Origin: Utricularia gibba
Lineage: Eukaryota; Plantae; Magnoliophyta
Length of the DNA stretch: 64,000 nt
Reading direction: 5' to 3'
Assembly (NCBI GenBank): GCA_002189035.1
Contig: NEEC01000015.1
Span: 1,860,001-1,924,000, forward strand
Shown: positions 38,449-51,020 of the stretch, piece by piece
How the letters are laid out: each line of letters opens with the position of its first letter
Numbering within the stretch: position 1 is the first letter of the stretch
The notes under the pieces: model-generated
The model's database searches: none
What the model was told of the DNA's origin: nothing
Seen by the model: the letters and a program-made list of their open reading frames with translations, nothing else
Position numbers and translations under genes: made by a program

Positions 38449-39687
38449 CAATCCGACAGTGCGGATCGGATCATTCAACGCTTTAACCTACTCAGAATAA
38501 CAAAAAAATATATAATAATAAATATTTTATCTCACAATAAAGAAAAGTACACCCTGGCATTTGTATCCCCTGATTACGAATATAACCAATATTATATTAC
38601 CTATTTTCCATCATTTTATTTTAACCCGAATTTCTATATATTATATTATTTAAAATAAGTGACAGGTCGGAATCCCGAGAGGGCACATCATGCGCGTGAC
38701 ATGTCAACCGTTGGCGTGAAAGGAATGACGCCGGAATTCGGCAACCCAACTTTAAAGTACATGGAAAACCACCCCCAAAAAAGCAATGCTTTAACGAATA
38801 GTGGCTATAAACCGGTAATATGAAAATAAAAATATACAAAAAAGTAACACGTAATGCCCTGTAAAATGAAACACGAACCTTTCCAAATTCAATCTCGTCA
38901 AGATTCCTCTTTAAAAAAATGCCGTTGAATAATTTTATACCACTAACCACGGAATTAAATTCAACAAAATGATTTATGATCGATTTTATGAGTTAGTACT
39001 TAGGACCCCTAATCATTCGGGTTTAAAAATTTACGTTACGAATGATTATTTTTATTATACAATATGATACATAGCTAGATTTGTAATTCATCAAGACAAA
39101 GCACCACTAGTACGTGGAGAAACAATGGGGGGGGGCTTGAATAGAGCATGTTGTCGACAAGAGGCGTTGGATTGGGGTGGCGCGTTCTGCAACTACTGGT
39201 TCAAGGTATCTTTCATCCCAATCGTGTAGCTTTAGGGGTGGTGGGGACCAAAGGGAGCTCTGTTGGTCCACCATCATCGTCGGATCATCGCCATTTATCA
39301 GAAACGGGTCCCCATGGCGCCCACCTTGTCCCCTCCTCCCGCACGTTGGCTCGCCAGCCTTTCTTTCACCATTTCATAAACTTTTTCTTCACGCCGGCTC
39401 CACTAACCACAAAGATCTACGCACACACGGATGGATGGATGGATGCACGCACCACCATCTTCCTGTCGTGGTAGGCCCCGCCTCACCGCACTGGCGCAGG
39501 CCCTTATCTTACCTGCATCCTCCCTCAGCTGTTATTCCCTTGGGCAAAGCACAGTTGCCGCTAAAGCATGTGTATGGGTCAGTGTACTGTTGGGCAGCCA
39601 TCCCTCATGCGTTGGCATTCCTCTTCTCCTTTATAAATGAAGTGGATTCCTTCTAGGGGTTGCAACGCTCCCACTATTTTCTTCACC

Positions 39688-39915
39688 ATGGAGAGAGACA
39701 AGTCGTTCCCCTACTACCCTGCTTCCTATGCAGAGGCTCGGTTCAACTTCGAGGATCGCTGCAAATCCTATAGCTTCAACGGGCCTGACGAGAATCCGGA
39801 GTCCAAGAGAAGGAAGAGGGTCGCCTCCTACAACAAGTATGCTGTTGAAGGCAAAATAAAAGCGTCCCTTAGAGGTAGCTTCAAGTGGATAAAAAGCAAG
39901 CTCACCGAAGACTGA
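39688..39915 (+). CDS. DUF3511 family small protein
   Basis: MERDKSFPYYP..SYSFNGPDENPESKRRKRVASYNKYAVEGKIKASLRGSFKWIK is the DUF3511 signature. TATA-like TATAAAT at about 39632. Confidence 0.85.
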   Translation: MERDKSFPYYPASYAEARFNFEDRCKSYSFNGPDENPESKRRKRVASYNKYAVEGKIKASLRGSFKWIKSKLTED

Positions 39916-40699
39916 ATGTGTCTGCGGCTAGTCTTGTTGTTGTTATATCGTGGTGTTAGAAGATCTTGTAAGTTGCTTGAGAAGATATTCCTTTCTCTGC
40001 TACACCAGATTCATTTGGCTTCTCTACATTTCTTGTTTCTTGTATGGAGAGAATGATCCATGCTATCTGCTGAAACATCTGTAACCCTTTCAAAGCTCCA
40101 GAAATCCAGCTTTTTAAGTCCAAGCAAGGGTTTGGCCGGTGGTGCATGTTAAAACCATGTTCCTGTGCTGCAGCCCTTCGATTAACTTCTGGAAAAAAGA
40201 GAAAAAAAACATCCAAACTACCTTTCAGGAATCATTGATAACTCTAATCATCGACAACAAGTGAAAGCCACCGCACCTCTTGTAATCGGTGATTTCACCA
40301 GCAGGTAATCGTCCAAGGACACAACTAGGAACCGAGAAGATAAGGTGGTGGGACGAGGACGGGGATGGCGATGTTGCCGTAAGAGTAATTTGGAGCAGAA
40401 ATGAAGTGGATTCCCAACCAGCTGGCGACACGAATCGGTTGGCACCTCCAGATTTCATCCAATGAAAACAACACACGATTTGATGTGTCATAGGGGTCAA
40501 ATACCATTCCTTGTTTTATCGTCTTCATAGAAAACAAACGAAAGCCACTGGATGGTATAACAGAAACCTACAAGAAATGGCATGTCCAATAATGCACCTT
40601 GAAATGGCCGGACCCTGAAGCAGAACAATCCATAATCATGTTTAAATGCGTGAACGGGTATTCTATTCACCCAGATTTGCATCTGATAGCATCCTTTAC

Positions 40700-42847
40700 T
40701 CATACAAGCTCTTCTGGAAGAAGGGATGATTCCAGATCAGAAATCACTTCTCCTTTCATCAACATGCAAAGCATCCGTAGCTCCAATCGAATATCGTTGA
40801 TGGCATAGTGTAAAGAATCCCCAACTACAAATACATGAACCTGGTTCTTCAGCTCAATCCAGCTGCATCCAGGCTCTTTGCTGACACCCCTAGCACTCAT
40901 TATTCTTCTGACTCTTTCAACATCGTCTAACTGTCCCATGGCCGAATATATACTCGACAACAATACATAGGCAGATGACTCTAGGGAACCCAATTCCATC
41001 AGTTTCTCTCCTGCATAAGCCCCAAGTTCGTAGTTCCGATGATTACGACAAGCACTCAATAAGACACGCCATAAACACAAACCATGTTCTATGGTTGCTG
41101 CTTCAATGAAATCTTTTGCCTCCTCCAGCCTTCCAGCACGACCTAATATATCAACCATACAAGCATAGTGCTCAATCGCCGGAGGTAAACTGAATTCATC
41201 AGCCATCAATTGAAAGTACTCTCTACCTTTATCCACCAACCCCATGTGACTACAAGCTGAAAGAACGTTCAAAAAGGTTACATTGTCTGGTTTCAAGCCT
41301 TCAAGCCGCATTTCCTCAAAGAGATCAAGAGCTTGACTTCCTTGGCCATTTTGAGAAAGGCCAGATATCATTGAATTCCAAGATACAACATCTCTTGAAG
41401 GCATCCTCCTGAATACGGCATTCTCATCATCAAGGCTTCCGCACTTGGCATACATGGTGGAAAGGGAGCTTCCTATTGGAACTTCAAGACTAAAACCATT
41501 CTTAACCACATGACCATGCATCTGTTTTCCTAGCTCCAAAGCAGAAAGACAAGAGCAGGCTTTCAACACGCTGGCCATTGTTAACTCGTTTGGAGCGATG
41601 CCTTCCATCTGCATTCTACAGTATAAACTAATAGCATTCTCATTGTCTCCGTTTTGCACATAGCCCCCAATCATGGAAGTCCATAACACAAGATCAGGTT
41701 CGTGTAGTTCAGCAAACCCCTTTTCGGCATCCACAATGAGACCACATTTTGCATACATATCAACCAAAGCTGTGGTTATGTAGATCTGAGACTCAAATCC
41801 TAACTTTATTAAATATGCATGAACCTGCTTTCCGACGTTAATTTCTTCAATATCACTGGAGGCATTGAGCACCCCAACTAGAGTGTATTTACTCGCTTTC
41901 ATTCCATTAAAATGCATATCCTTGAATAACATCAAAGCCTTCTGTCCATTAGCACTCTGTGCGTATCCTGTAATCATTGCAGACCACGTTATGGAATTCC
42001 GATCAGCAAGGAGCTCAAATAACTTAATAGCATCGTTCAATATCCCACATTTCGCATACATAGTAACCACAGCATTTCCAACTGAAACAATACTAAGGAG
42101 AGAGCTCTTAATTGATAAGCAATGAACCTGCATTCCCTTATGAACAACATCAGAAGATGCCAAGGCACTGAGAACACTGGTGAACACAAACTCATTAGGG
42201 TATTCTTCTCCTTGAGACAACATCACTTTAAATAGCACAAACGCCTCGTCTGCCATCCTCTGGGCAGCGTAACCCGAGATCATAGCAGACCATGTGATGG
42301 AGTTCCTCACCGGCATTTCATCGAATACCCTGCGGCCCTCAGACAACAAACCCAACTTGCAATACGCATTCAGCGTTGAACTGTAAACAAACACGTCAGA
42401 AGAGTCAATCAGCTTCGAAACAAGAGAATGTGCCTGGTGAACCATAAACATATCCTCCAGAACAGCTGCAGCAGAAAAGATACCAGAGAAAGTATGAGAA
42501 TTGGGGCGACTGCCATATCGAGTCATTCGCTGGAACAATCGAAGAGCAGAAACCGAGGAACCCACATAACCAGATTGCGAATAGCTGTTGATGAGAATAT
42601 TCCACGAAACAGAATCCATTTTGCACGGGAACTCCTCGAACAAGAGATGAGCCTCATCGAAGAGGTGACATTTGGCGTAGAAACTGAGTAGAGTAGTGGA
42701 GAGGAATTCACAAAATGGGAATAAACCGGACTTGACGAAGCGGCCATGAAGCGTTTTCCCCCCAGGAAGATCCCTCCTGTCAGCGAAAAACCGAAGCTTG
42801 GTGAAAAGACTCTGCGTTTGCACCGCCAAAGAAGCGGCTGGATTCAT
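40700..42847 (-). CDS. PLS-class pentatricopeptide repeat protein with E/E+ extension (probable organellar RNA editing factor), intronless
   Basis: 715-aa ORF of tandem PPR motifs (VSWNILINSY, ITWSAMISGY, VLWTSMIGGY, VSWNSMISGL), HYACMVDILGRAGRL, and PG-box KEPGCSWIE. No DYW domain. Confidence 0.92.
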   Translation of the reverse strand: MNPAASLAVQTQSLFTKLRFFADRRDLPGGKTLHGRFVKSGLFPFCEFLSTTLLSFYAKCHLFDEAHLLFEEFPCKMDSVSWNILINSYSQSGYVGSSVSALRLFQRMTRYGSRPNSHTFSGIFSAAAVLEDMFMVHQAHSLVSKLIDSSDVFVYSSTLNAYCKLGLLSEGRRVFDEMPVRNSITWSAMISGYAAQRMADEAFVLFKVMLSQGEEYPNEFVFTSVLSALASSDVVHKGMQVHCLSIKSSLLSIVSVGNAVVTMYAKCGILNDAIKLFELLADRNSITWSAMITGYAQSANGQKALMLFKDMHFNGMKASKYTLVGVLNASSDIEEINVGKQVHAYLIKLGFESQIYITTALVDMYAKCGLIVDAEKGFAELHEPDLVLWTSMIGGYVQNGDNENAISLYCRMQMEGIAPNELTMASVLKACSCLSALELGKQMHGHVVKNGFSLEVPIGSSLSTMYAKCGSLDDENAVFRRMPSRDVVSWNSMISGLSQNGQGSQALDLFEEMRLEGLKPDNVTFLNVLSACSHMGLVDKGREYFQLMADEFSLPPAIEHYACMVDILGRAGRLEEAKDFIEAATIEHGLCLWRVLLSACRNHRNYELGAYAGEKLMELGSLESSAYVLLSSIYSAMGQLDDVERVRRIMSARGVSKEPGCSWIELKNQVHVFVVGDSLHYAINDIRLELRMLCMLMKGEVISDLESSLLPEELV

Positions 42848-43204
42848 AAGAAGCCGAGCTTACAAAAACCGGTGATGTCCCGGCGGCATCCGTGTCCTCT
42901 CCCAATCACCCAGTAAAAACTCCTTTTATATCCACGGGACACGGGTTACAAGCATTTTCGACGCGCCAACTTTCGATATTTGCAACTAGCCCCTTTTGTT
43001 TTTAACTAGTAGCAAGTTTCAGCACAAGCCTTGCCATCAAAATTCAGAATCGTCAACAAACCAACCATTACGATCATAATGCACCGTTGACAATAACCAC
43101 CTACAACAAACTGACAGAAACCAGCGACACAAAAATCTCATGTCCACATTTGGTTGATTGCAGGAAACACGAGAGCAGCCAGTAAAAGCTGCCCTACGCC
43201 TGGG

Positions 43205-43270
43205 GAGCTCCTGTATTTCAAAGAGGGTACTAGCTCGGAGCTCCTGTATTTCAAAGAGGGTACTAGCTCG
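43205..43270. repeat. Perfect 33-bp tandem duplication over the CCT6 stop codon
   Basis: gagctcctgtatttcaaagagggtactagctcg occurs at 43205-43237 and 43238-43270. Confidence 0.95.
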
Positions 43271-46200
43271 GCTTCCTCATGTTCCTACCCGCACGTATAA
43301 CCTCATCAACGAGCAGCAGCTGAGCGGAAATCACAGGGCTGCGGCAGTGATGAGTGAGAGGGTGAGAGAGTTATCCAGGAGATGCATGGCAGATAAACAA
43401 AATGACAGCAGCACATACGCTGAGTTTATGATCTGACGTTTCACAGAGTAGTTATCGTAGATGCCCTCCATCTGGGGGTCGATAGGTTCTCCAGTTTGAA
43501 GATTAAGACCAACCACATTCCCCTTGTCGTGTTCTCCCTGAACAGAATCCTCCAACTGTCAATATGGCACGAAGATTTGGTGTGATTTAATCTATGAATT
43601 ACCTCAAGTTGAATGATCACATCCTGAGTGTCGAGGCCTGAATTTTCGGCTAGTGTCTTGGGCACCACAAGAAGCGCATCAGCAAAGGCTTCAACACCCA
43701 GCTGAGCACGCTGTTCAGAGTTCATCGGAGTCAGATCATATATTGCATGTAAAAAGAGAACCACGTTCAGTAATTCAGGTCAGCAGATATAAACAGTGGC
43801 ATACCCCTTGAACGGTTTTTTTCACTTCATTAACAAGATACTGTCTAGCTGCCACCTCGAAGGCCCCAGCACCCTGAGATAAGTAGAAATTAGCCATACA
43901 AAATAAACCTGGAAAGCCGTAACAAAAGGGATAATGAAATCACCAGAACAACAGCCTCATCTTCTAATGTATTTTTCACAGCCCGCAAACCATCACGGAT
44001 GGCATCTTTTATCTGAGCAATTGTATGATCATTTGGGCCTGCACCAAGGTAGCATAGTAAGTGGAACACAAACACATATCAAATATAACAGATGGTCCAG
44101 GCACACAAAAGCAGAAACTAGAAAGTACCTTTTATGAGAATTGTGCAAGATTGTGGATTTTTCACGTTTTCCACAAATGTATATTTCTCTTCCCCGAGGA
44201 TATGCTCATATACAAGACCAGCCCACCCAAGACAATCTGGACTAAGTTCATCAACGGAATTCACTGCCTCTCCACCGCAAGCCAAAACCAATCTCTCCAT
44301 GTTTCGCCTTTTTGCCCTACGGAGGGCAATTATCTAGATAGAAACAGTTAACATCAACGGACTAGGCTCATCTGCCAGCATAATATTCATTGCATTTTTC
44401 AATGCAGCATATGCAGACCATCCGATAGAGAACAAGACTAAACTCAAAATCTAAAAGGCAACTACATACCCCAGCTCGAGCAAGGAGGTCAAGAGAAGGA
44501 GGATCTATTCCCTTTTGGTTAATGACGACAAAATTGCTATCATTACCAGCACACACCTGAAAACAGTCATACAAAGTTAGACATTTGACAAGAAAAGAGA
44601 ACTTTAATCTGCACACCATATTTAAAATTCTCGTTAGAAACCTTGTTCTTCAACTCAATAATCTTCTGAACCCTTTCATCAACAGATCGCCTTTCTGCGG
44701 AAACCATGGCCTCCCTCTGCTCCGCATTCGAATAAAAGAATCCTGCATTTATTTCACTGCCAAAAAAAAATACCAGATCAATTAATTATAAAGTTAACAC
44801 TAGGAAAAATATCCAAAACTCTTACCTCTTTTCATATTCAAGTGACACATTGCAAGTTAATATATGGCAGTTCTCAGCCCTACGTTTCATATCAGGGTGC
44901 CGTGAACCATGATCAAGAACAAGCCCCTCAACCTAGTTTACAAAAGCAGAATTATAAATGACAGGTCGATAACATCCTTCCGGTGTAATTATTGGATAAA
45001 AGCATGCATAACGGGAATTTACAAAAAAGTTGATAAAAAAAATGTCGTAATAAGGCATACATGTCAGGATAAGGGACCAATCCCAACTGCAACTGAACAT
45101 GGAAGCATCACAAATAAAAAAAAAATGAATTTCTTAAAGTATAAATTGAGTTTAGAACATGCAGCTACAGTACAACGAAAACTAATACAAAAATGGTTGC
45201 AACTACAGTACAACAAAAACTAATACAAAAATGGCTTACCAAACCAGTATCCACATCAAACTTGTGGCGCATGTGCATTATCTCCACCATAAAAAGGTCT
45301 ATTGGCTCATCCACTTTCCGAATGCAAAGGACCTAAAATAAAGTTAAAAAGAGGTAAAAACAATGTCGGGCCTAATGAAAAATGCAATTGAACAAATGAA
45401 TCAAAGAAATCCGTCTCCATGATACGGAACAAGTAAAAAAAAAAATGAGCTGCCTTACAGCATTAACAACAATGTCAGTTAGTTGATCAGCTAGTGCCTC
45501 GTATAACTGCATAACAACACAAAGAAGCTTAAACATGTAAGCCTCAAGTGCTTAACATAATTCAGCTGTTTCAAAACCTTTGTCCTCAGAGTTGTCCTTG
45601 CCACCATCTTCAGTATCTCTCTATCTGGCTCCGTGCCCATCACCACAGGAGTTTTAAATTTTTCAAGAAATTGAAGGGTAGCCCTTTTAGCTATCTCAAA
45701 CCCATCAACGAGAACACGTGGATGCATCCCTGAAAAAAAAAACCAGCAAACAATTGAAGCAACAGAGGCAGATAGCAAATAATATTCCAGCCATTGTAAG
45801 CCTACATCAAATATACAACACAAAGACTATATAACCTTCATCAATGTACCGCTCAGATTGTTTCATGAGTTCCCCAATAAATATAACAGTGGTGGTAGTA
45901 CCATCACCGCTTGTATCGTCTTGAGCAACAGCAGTCCGAGCAATCATAATTGCTGTAGGGCTTTGAATTTGCTATAATCATACATGCAAATTGTAAAAAT
46001 AAAGAACAGGGGGGAAATAGAATTAACAAACTGATATAATATAAAATACAACAAACGACAAATGAAAAAATTTTCTTTAGATACTCCCCATTGCAAAAAC
46101 ACTTTTTTTATAAAAAAATGAATTGAAGAGTCTGAACTGATTAGGATTTGTCACAAAAAAATGCCATCCGAAATCCTCAGTGCAGACATTTTCCTTACAA

Positions 46201-46617
46201 AAACATTTTGGCTACAAATGTTCATCTTTCCAGGCATACTAAATCGAAGAATCACGCACCCCTTGACACTTTCTCAGAACTAAGAACAGCCGCAGATACG
46301 TGAGAACAAATCAATCATAGAAATGATAAGCTAGAGCATAAAAGGGATACCATTTCCTTGAGAAGTGTGTTCCCATCCTTAGTTAGTTTTATATCACCAG
46401 CCCCGCCAACAAGCCTGAGGTAACACAGTTATAATAGGCAAGAAAACCAAAACTACATTATCAAAAAAGGACCAAGACAGTACATTTTAATTGTTCCCTT
46501 TGGGCCTAGATTAGTCTTAAGTACATCCTGGAGGCCTTTTGCCGCGTTGATGTTCATGTGAAGCGCATGGGACTTGTTAAGAACCTCGGCATTCGGATTC
46601 AACACCCTCAACGACAT
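43263..46617 (-). CDS. CCT6: T-complex protein 1 subunit zeta (CCT chaperonin)
   Basis: 15 exons with GT-AG introns. [83 protein letters not shown], ending [15 protein letters not shown]. Confidence 0.95.
45161..45236. repeat. Imperfect 38-bp tandem duplication in a CCT6 intron
   Basis: gcagctacagtacaacgaaaactaatacaaaaatggtt and gcaactacagtacaacaaaaactaatacaaaaatggct differ at 3 positions; the second copy abuts the splice donor. Confidence 0.9.
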
Positions 46618-49531
46618 CCTTTACACTATCTACCTTCGAAAGAAAAAAAAACAACAATCAAAATGCTGCATTATCAGCAGTCACTAGTTTCATCTAGTGG
46701 AATAAACCCACCGCGTCAACAAAATATCTGGAATCAGACTCTTTTGACGGGAGAGTGTAGCTTTGAACAGAGTTTACACTAGGGCTTCGAACTTTGCCTC
46801 GTCAGACAACAAAAAACGGCACGAATCCGAAATGGAAACTGTTTGTTGGATCAAAATTTACAGCTCGTACCTGGTACAACGGTAGTCCCAAGGGCTAAGG
46901 GAGGGGCGGCGTTACCGCAGCGAACTCGCAAGTATCAAGGAAGCACAGAAATGAAAACGCGGGATAATACCGGGTTGATGCCTGCCATTCTCAAAATAAA
47001 TGGGCTGGGCAAAAAGCCCATTTTCTTCTGTAAGAACAAACGACATGGCCCAATATCCCAGCCCATCCGAATCCAGAACCCTAAAGCATCGGGTCGGATG
47101 AATGGACCCGGTGTCCCCACCGAAGGATTCGAAAATGGCTTGCCCACTCAACCAGTGTTTGACAGTGGGTTGAATTGACCGGGTTTGGTGTGCCCATTAA
47201 ATACCTTCGGGGACCAACCCGGATCCATCTCCCCTCTTCCCAACCGCACCACTAGTGATGCACAAACAGCTCAATAATCCTGTCACATATCTCCACTGCT
47301 TTCGTACCTGGATTACTATGCGTTTGTTGGAAACAATTTCTAATTATCATAAAAACGATACAAAATCACTTTTATTATCAAATCTAAACGATTTCGATAT
47401 ATTTGAAAAATTTTTGTTTTAATTCTAATGACTTAGATTCGCATATTATAAGTCATTTTTAATAATCATTTTAATTCTATTACGAACTTCATCAAAAATT
47501 ATTTTTAGAATTTTTATTATAAGATATAAATTTACAAGTATACTCATACTTTTTATAAACAATTACAATCATTAACTTTCTTTAAAATAAAATATTCAAA
47601 TATTTAAAAATACTTTTTCTTTATTCAAATAAAATATTGTAACACTTTACTTTTTAAATTAGAACTTTAATACAAATCTTTTTAAATTATTGTGACAATA
47701 TAAAATATAATTTCTATACTTATATACGAATATGTCATTTACATATAAAAATCATTTATCAATTTTTTCGTACTATAATATTAATTAATTTTACAATAAT
47801 CATTCAAAAAAACTACTTCTAAATTAATTATTATTTTAAATTCTATTAAAATCAATCATGGAGTGATTTTTTTCTAACATAACATTTTGTTTCCCAAAAA
47901 CTAGAAATCTAAAAGCATTTCTAGAAAAAATTTGATAAACTGTTTTATTATCAAATATAAATGATTTCTATTTTGAAATTATAGAAATCTAAAAGCGTTT
48001 TTTTTATTTTTAAAAAATTGTAAAGATTGAATTTATGATTTATTAATTTATTTAGAATAAAATAACGCTCAAGAAAGTACATTTATCAAATGTATCATTT
48101 TTTATTCTGAATTCATTTTTAAAAAATGCACACTGTCGAGCTCAACTGGAAATGATGACTGGATTACGATTGGTAATTATTTTCTTTAGAGCCAACGTTG
48201 TTAATAGGAATATATTGAATATGATGACTCTATAATCTAATTAATAATAAATGTTAAGAGTTTAAATTTTATTATATAAAATAAAATGAAGAAAAAAAAA
48301 TTCTATGATCCAAATGTGTCACTCTTGGAGAGGTTGGGACCCGGGCCCCAGCAAAGTAGAATGACCGACGGATCAATGGCCCCCGACAAGGTTTTATATT
48401 TTATATTCCTTCTTTTTTGTCACTGCACGTGAAAGAAGCGTGACGGATCATCTCAACCACTCTCAATCAATACAGTGTGAAAATCAAGTTAGGAAGTACC
48501 ATAACGTTTACATATTGTACTGTTTGTGTAACCATGAGGTTTTCTGAAGCCTCGAAATTTTCGGTTCGATTCGATTCCATTGCATCTCGATTGCTCGGTT
48601 TTTGAAATCCGGAGGTGTTATTTCAATTCTATACTAAGATTTTTAATAGATGAATGAGAAAAATGACTATGCTATTTTTAGTGTGTGAGAAAAAATATGT
48701 ATTGTATATTAAAAAATTAATATTTGTATGTGAGAGAGAAAGCTATGATATTTAATTCTAAAAAATAATCAATTTTTAATAAGATTCTCGGGTTTCGGGT
48801 TAAAGAAGCATTTTGAAGTTCCAATTGTAATAATGATTTTAAATTCGAATACTTTCATTTACTTATAGGTTGAACTCTTTTTATAACGAGTTTCATATGT
48901 GTTAATTTATTATAGAAATAAAAACTTTTATATAAATTATAGAATGGAATTCAAAAAAATTATAAATTTCAATTTAGTTTCAACCTTGTTTGACTCACTG
49001 GTTTAGGGTTTTATATTGCGTGTGTCAATTGTTGTTCCATCGTGTGCTACATCCCAGTGGCTGATTGAGTATCTGGATATTTAAATGCATTGATTACGCC
49101 GAACCAACTACTAACTAACCCTTGCTTACGTGGGACTTGTGGTTTTGCGTTGTGTCTTAGCGACCAACTTCTATCCCGTTTCCAGAACCAGTAGGCTTAA
49201 CTCGACCCTACATCTTTTTCGGACAGATTTGTCGAGTTTCATCGGCGTGCGTGAGTTAGAGTATGTAATGTAAAAACAGAAGAGGAGCAAGTGCCACAGT
49301 AGGCTCGCATGATCTAAATCCAGCGGGATGATTGAACTGGAGATTATGCAGTCGATCCAAAGTTCAGTTGGTTCAGAGATGGAAAGATGTTCGACAGTTG
49401 CGCTCAGTCTTAATTAAGTGTGTTCTTTCATGATAGATTTGTTGTAGTTTGATGGGGTACAAGCAGAACCTACACAAACTTGTGGATACAGGCGTACAGA
49501 AGTGAGCGGTGAGGGGAAAGGGGGTTGTTCT

Positions 49532-51020
49532 TCAGGCCCACCTCTTTGTGACTCTGACCTTCAGGCCATTTTTCATGTAGAGAATGACAGAAACGTTGGG
49601 GCTCACTTGTGATCCTTGACTACTTCAATTCTGTAGTTATGAATGATGGCCGCTGCCACGGCCTTGAGCTGAGTGAAAGCAATCTCTTTCCCAAGACAGG
49701 TCCTTGGCCCAGCGTTGAACGCCATGAACTTGTAGGATGGCTCGTGCTTCACAGTTCCTCGCTCAGTCATCCATCTCTCCGGCTTGAATTTCTTGGAATC
49801 TTTCCCCAAATGAAATCCATCCTCCCCATGGAATATAAAGAAAACATGACCTTCATCTTTGGGGTCACGTAGTGACCACTGGGGAGGAAGACCGGTTGGA
49901 TCGGGGTTTTGTGTTGGAACGGGACCGGTGGGTAGAGTCTCAGTGACTCGCATAGGGAGCAGTGCAAGTACACGAGGTTTTGCAGCTCTTCGTTGGTGAA
50001 CACTCTTGGTTTCTGGGTTTCGCCTTGGGGTATTATGGCGTTGAGCTCTTGGCGCAGTTTGTTTTCGACTTCGGGGTGAGTGGAAACGAGCCATATGAAC
50101 CATGTTAGAGCGGAGCTGGTGGTGTCACGGCCGGCGATCATGAAGTTGAGTATGGTGTCTTTCAGGAATTTGTCGTCGCTAATCGGGTATGTCGATTCGT
50201 CTCCGGTCATGTAAGAGGTTAACAGATCGTGACCTTCTTCGCCGTTCTTCACTTCCTCCCGCTTCTTCGCGATGTAGTCGGCGATCACGGTGTGTAGGAC
50301 GTGTTGTGCTTGCTTAAGCTTCTGTTCAGGGCCGATCCGGAGAAGCTTCCCCAGCTTCCAGAGGCTCTCCGGGGTGATATGACGGATGAATATGGTTTCC
50401 TCCGCCGCGTCCATGGCGGCGGAGAAGGGTACATCGGGAAGATCGGGTGATAAGCACCCCGGATCAAACCCTGTCACCAGTATACACGTCGTGTCGAAAG
50501 TGAACCGCTGGAATACATCCTGTAAATCAATGACCATCCCTTCTCCGGCAACGTGGTCCAGTACCGGAATAAGCCCCTTCGCCACCTTGTCGGCGCTGGT
50601 TCTGATCAGAAACCGACGGAACCTCTCGTGAGTGATCAAAATCCGGGCCTGCTTACGTTGGCTACGCCACAATTCTCCATCGGAGTTGAATATCCCGTCT
50701 CCCAAAACATCGAAAATCTTCTTAAACTCATCCCCTTTAGGAAAATTAACGAAATTCTCACTCATAATGAAGTGAACATTAGCCGGATCGCCGGTCGCCA
50801 GGATGTCCATGTTGAGGAACCAGGGCCCTTTCACGACGAAAGTTCCGCCAACTTTCTCCATAATATCGGCGCAGCGGTCGTGGACTCTCCCGACGTGGCG
50901 CAGCAGGTGCGGCAGATTCCCCACCAGCGGCCAGTTCCGAACCCTGCGAAGCTTCCTCATCTTCAAGCAAGCGCACACTAAGAAGATCGCGATCACGGTC
51001 CCAGTGTAAGCGGACACCAT
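49532..51020 (-). CDS. CYP96A: Cytochrome P450, CYP86 clan, CYP96A/MAH1-like, intronless; two apparent 1-nt deletions near the 3' end
   Basis: WPLVGNLP, I-helix AGRDTT, K-helix [10 protein letters not shown]; FKPERW and heme motif [10 protein letters not shown] lie in the next frame. Adding 1 nt at 49801-49807 and at 49607-49608 restores [13 protein letters not shown] and [27 protein letters not shown]. Confidence 0.85.

Noticed and set aside
39148-39656. ORFs upstream of DUF3511
   Set aside because: Mostly non-ATG starts and no family resemblance; more likely promoter sequence.
46342-46350. Possible U12 donor GTATCCCTT in CCT6 intron 2
   Set aside because: Deviates from RTATCCTTT, and no TCCTTAAC-like branch point is visible near the acceptor.
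19448-51020. A lipid/cuticle biosynthetic cluster (GDSL lipase, ethanolamine kinase, G3P permease, CYP96A)
   Set aside because: Spread over 30 kb and interleaved with unrelated housekeeping genes; expected by chance at this gene density.
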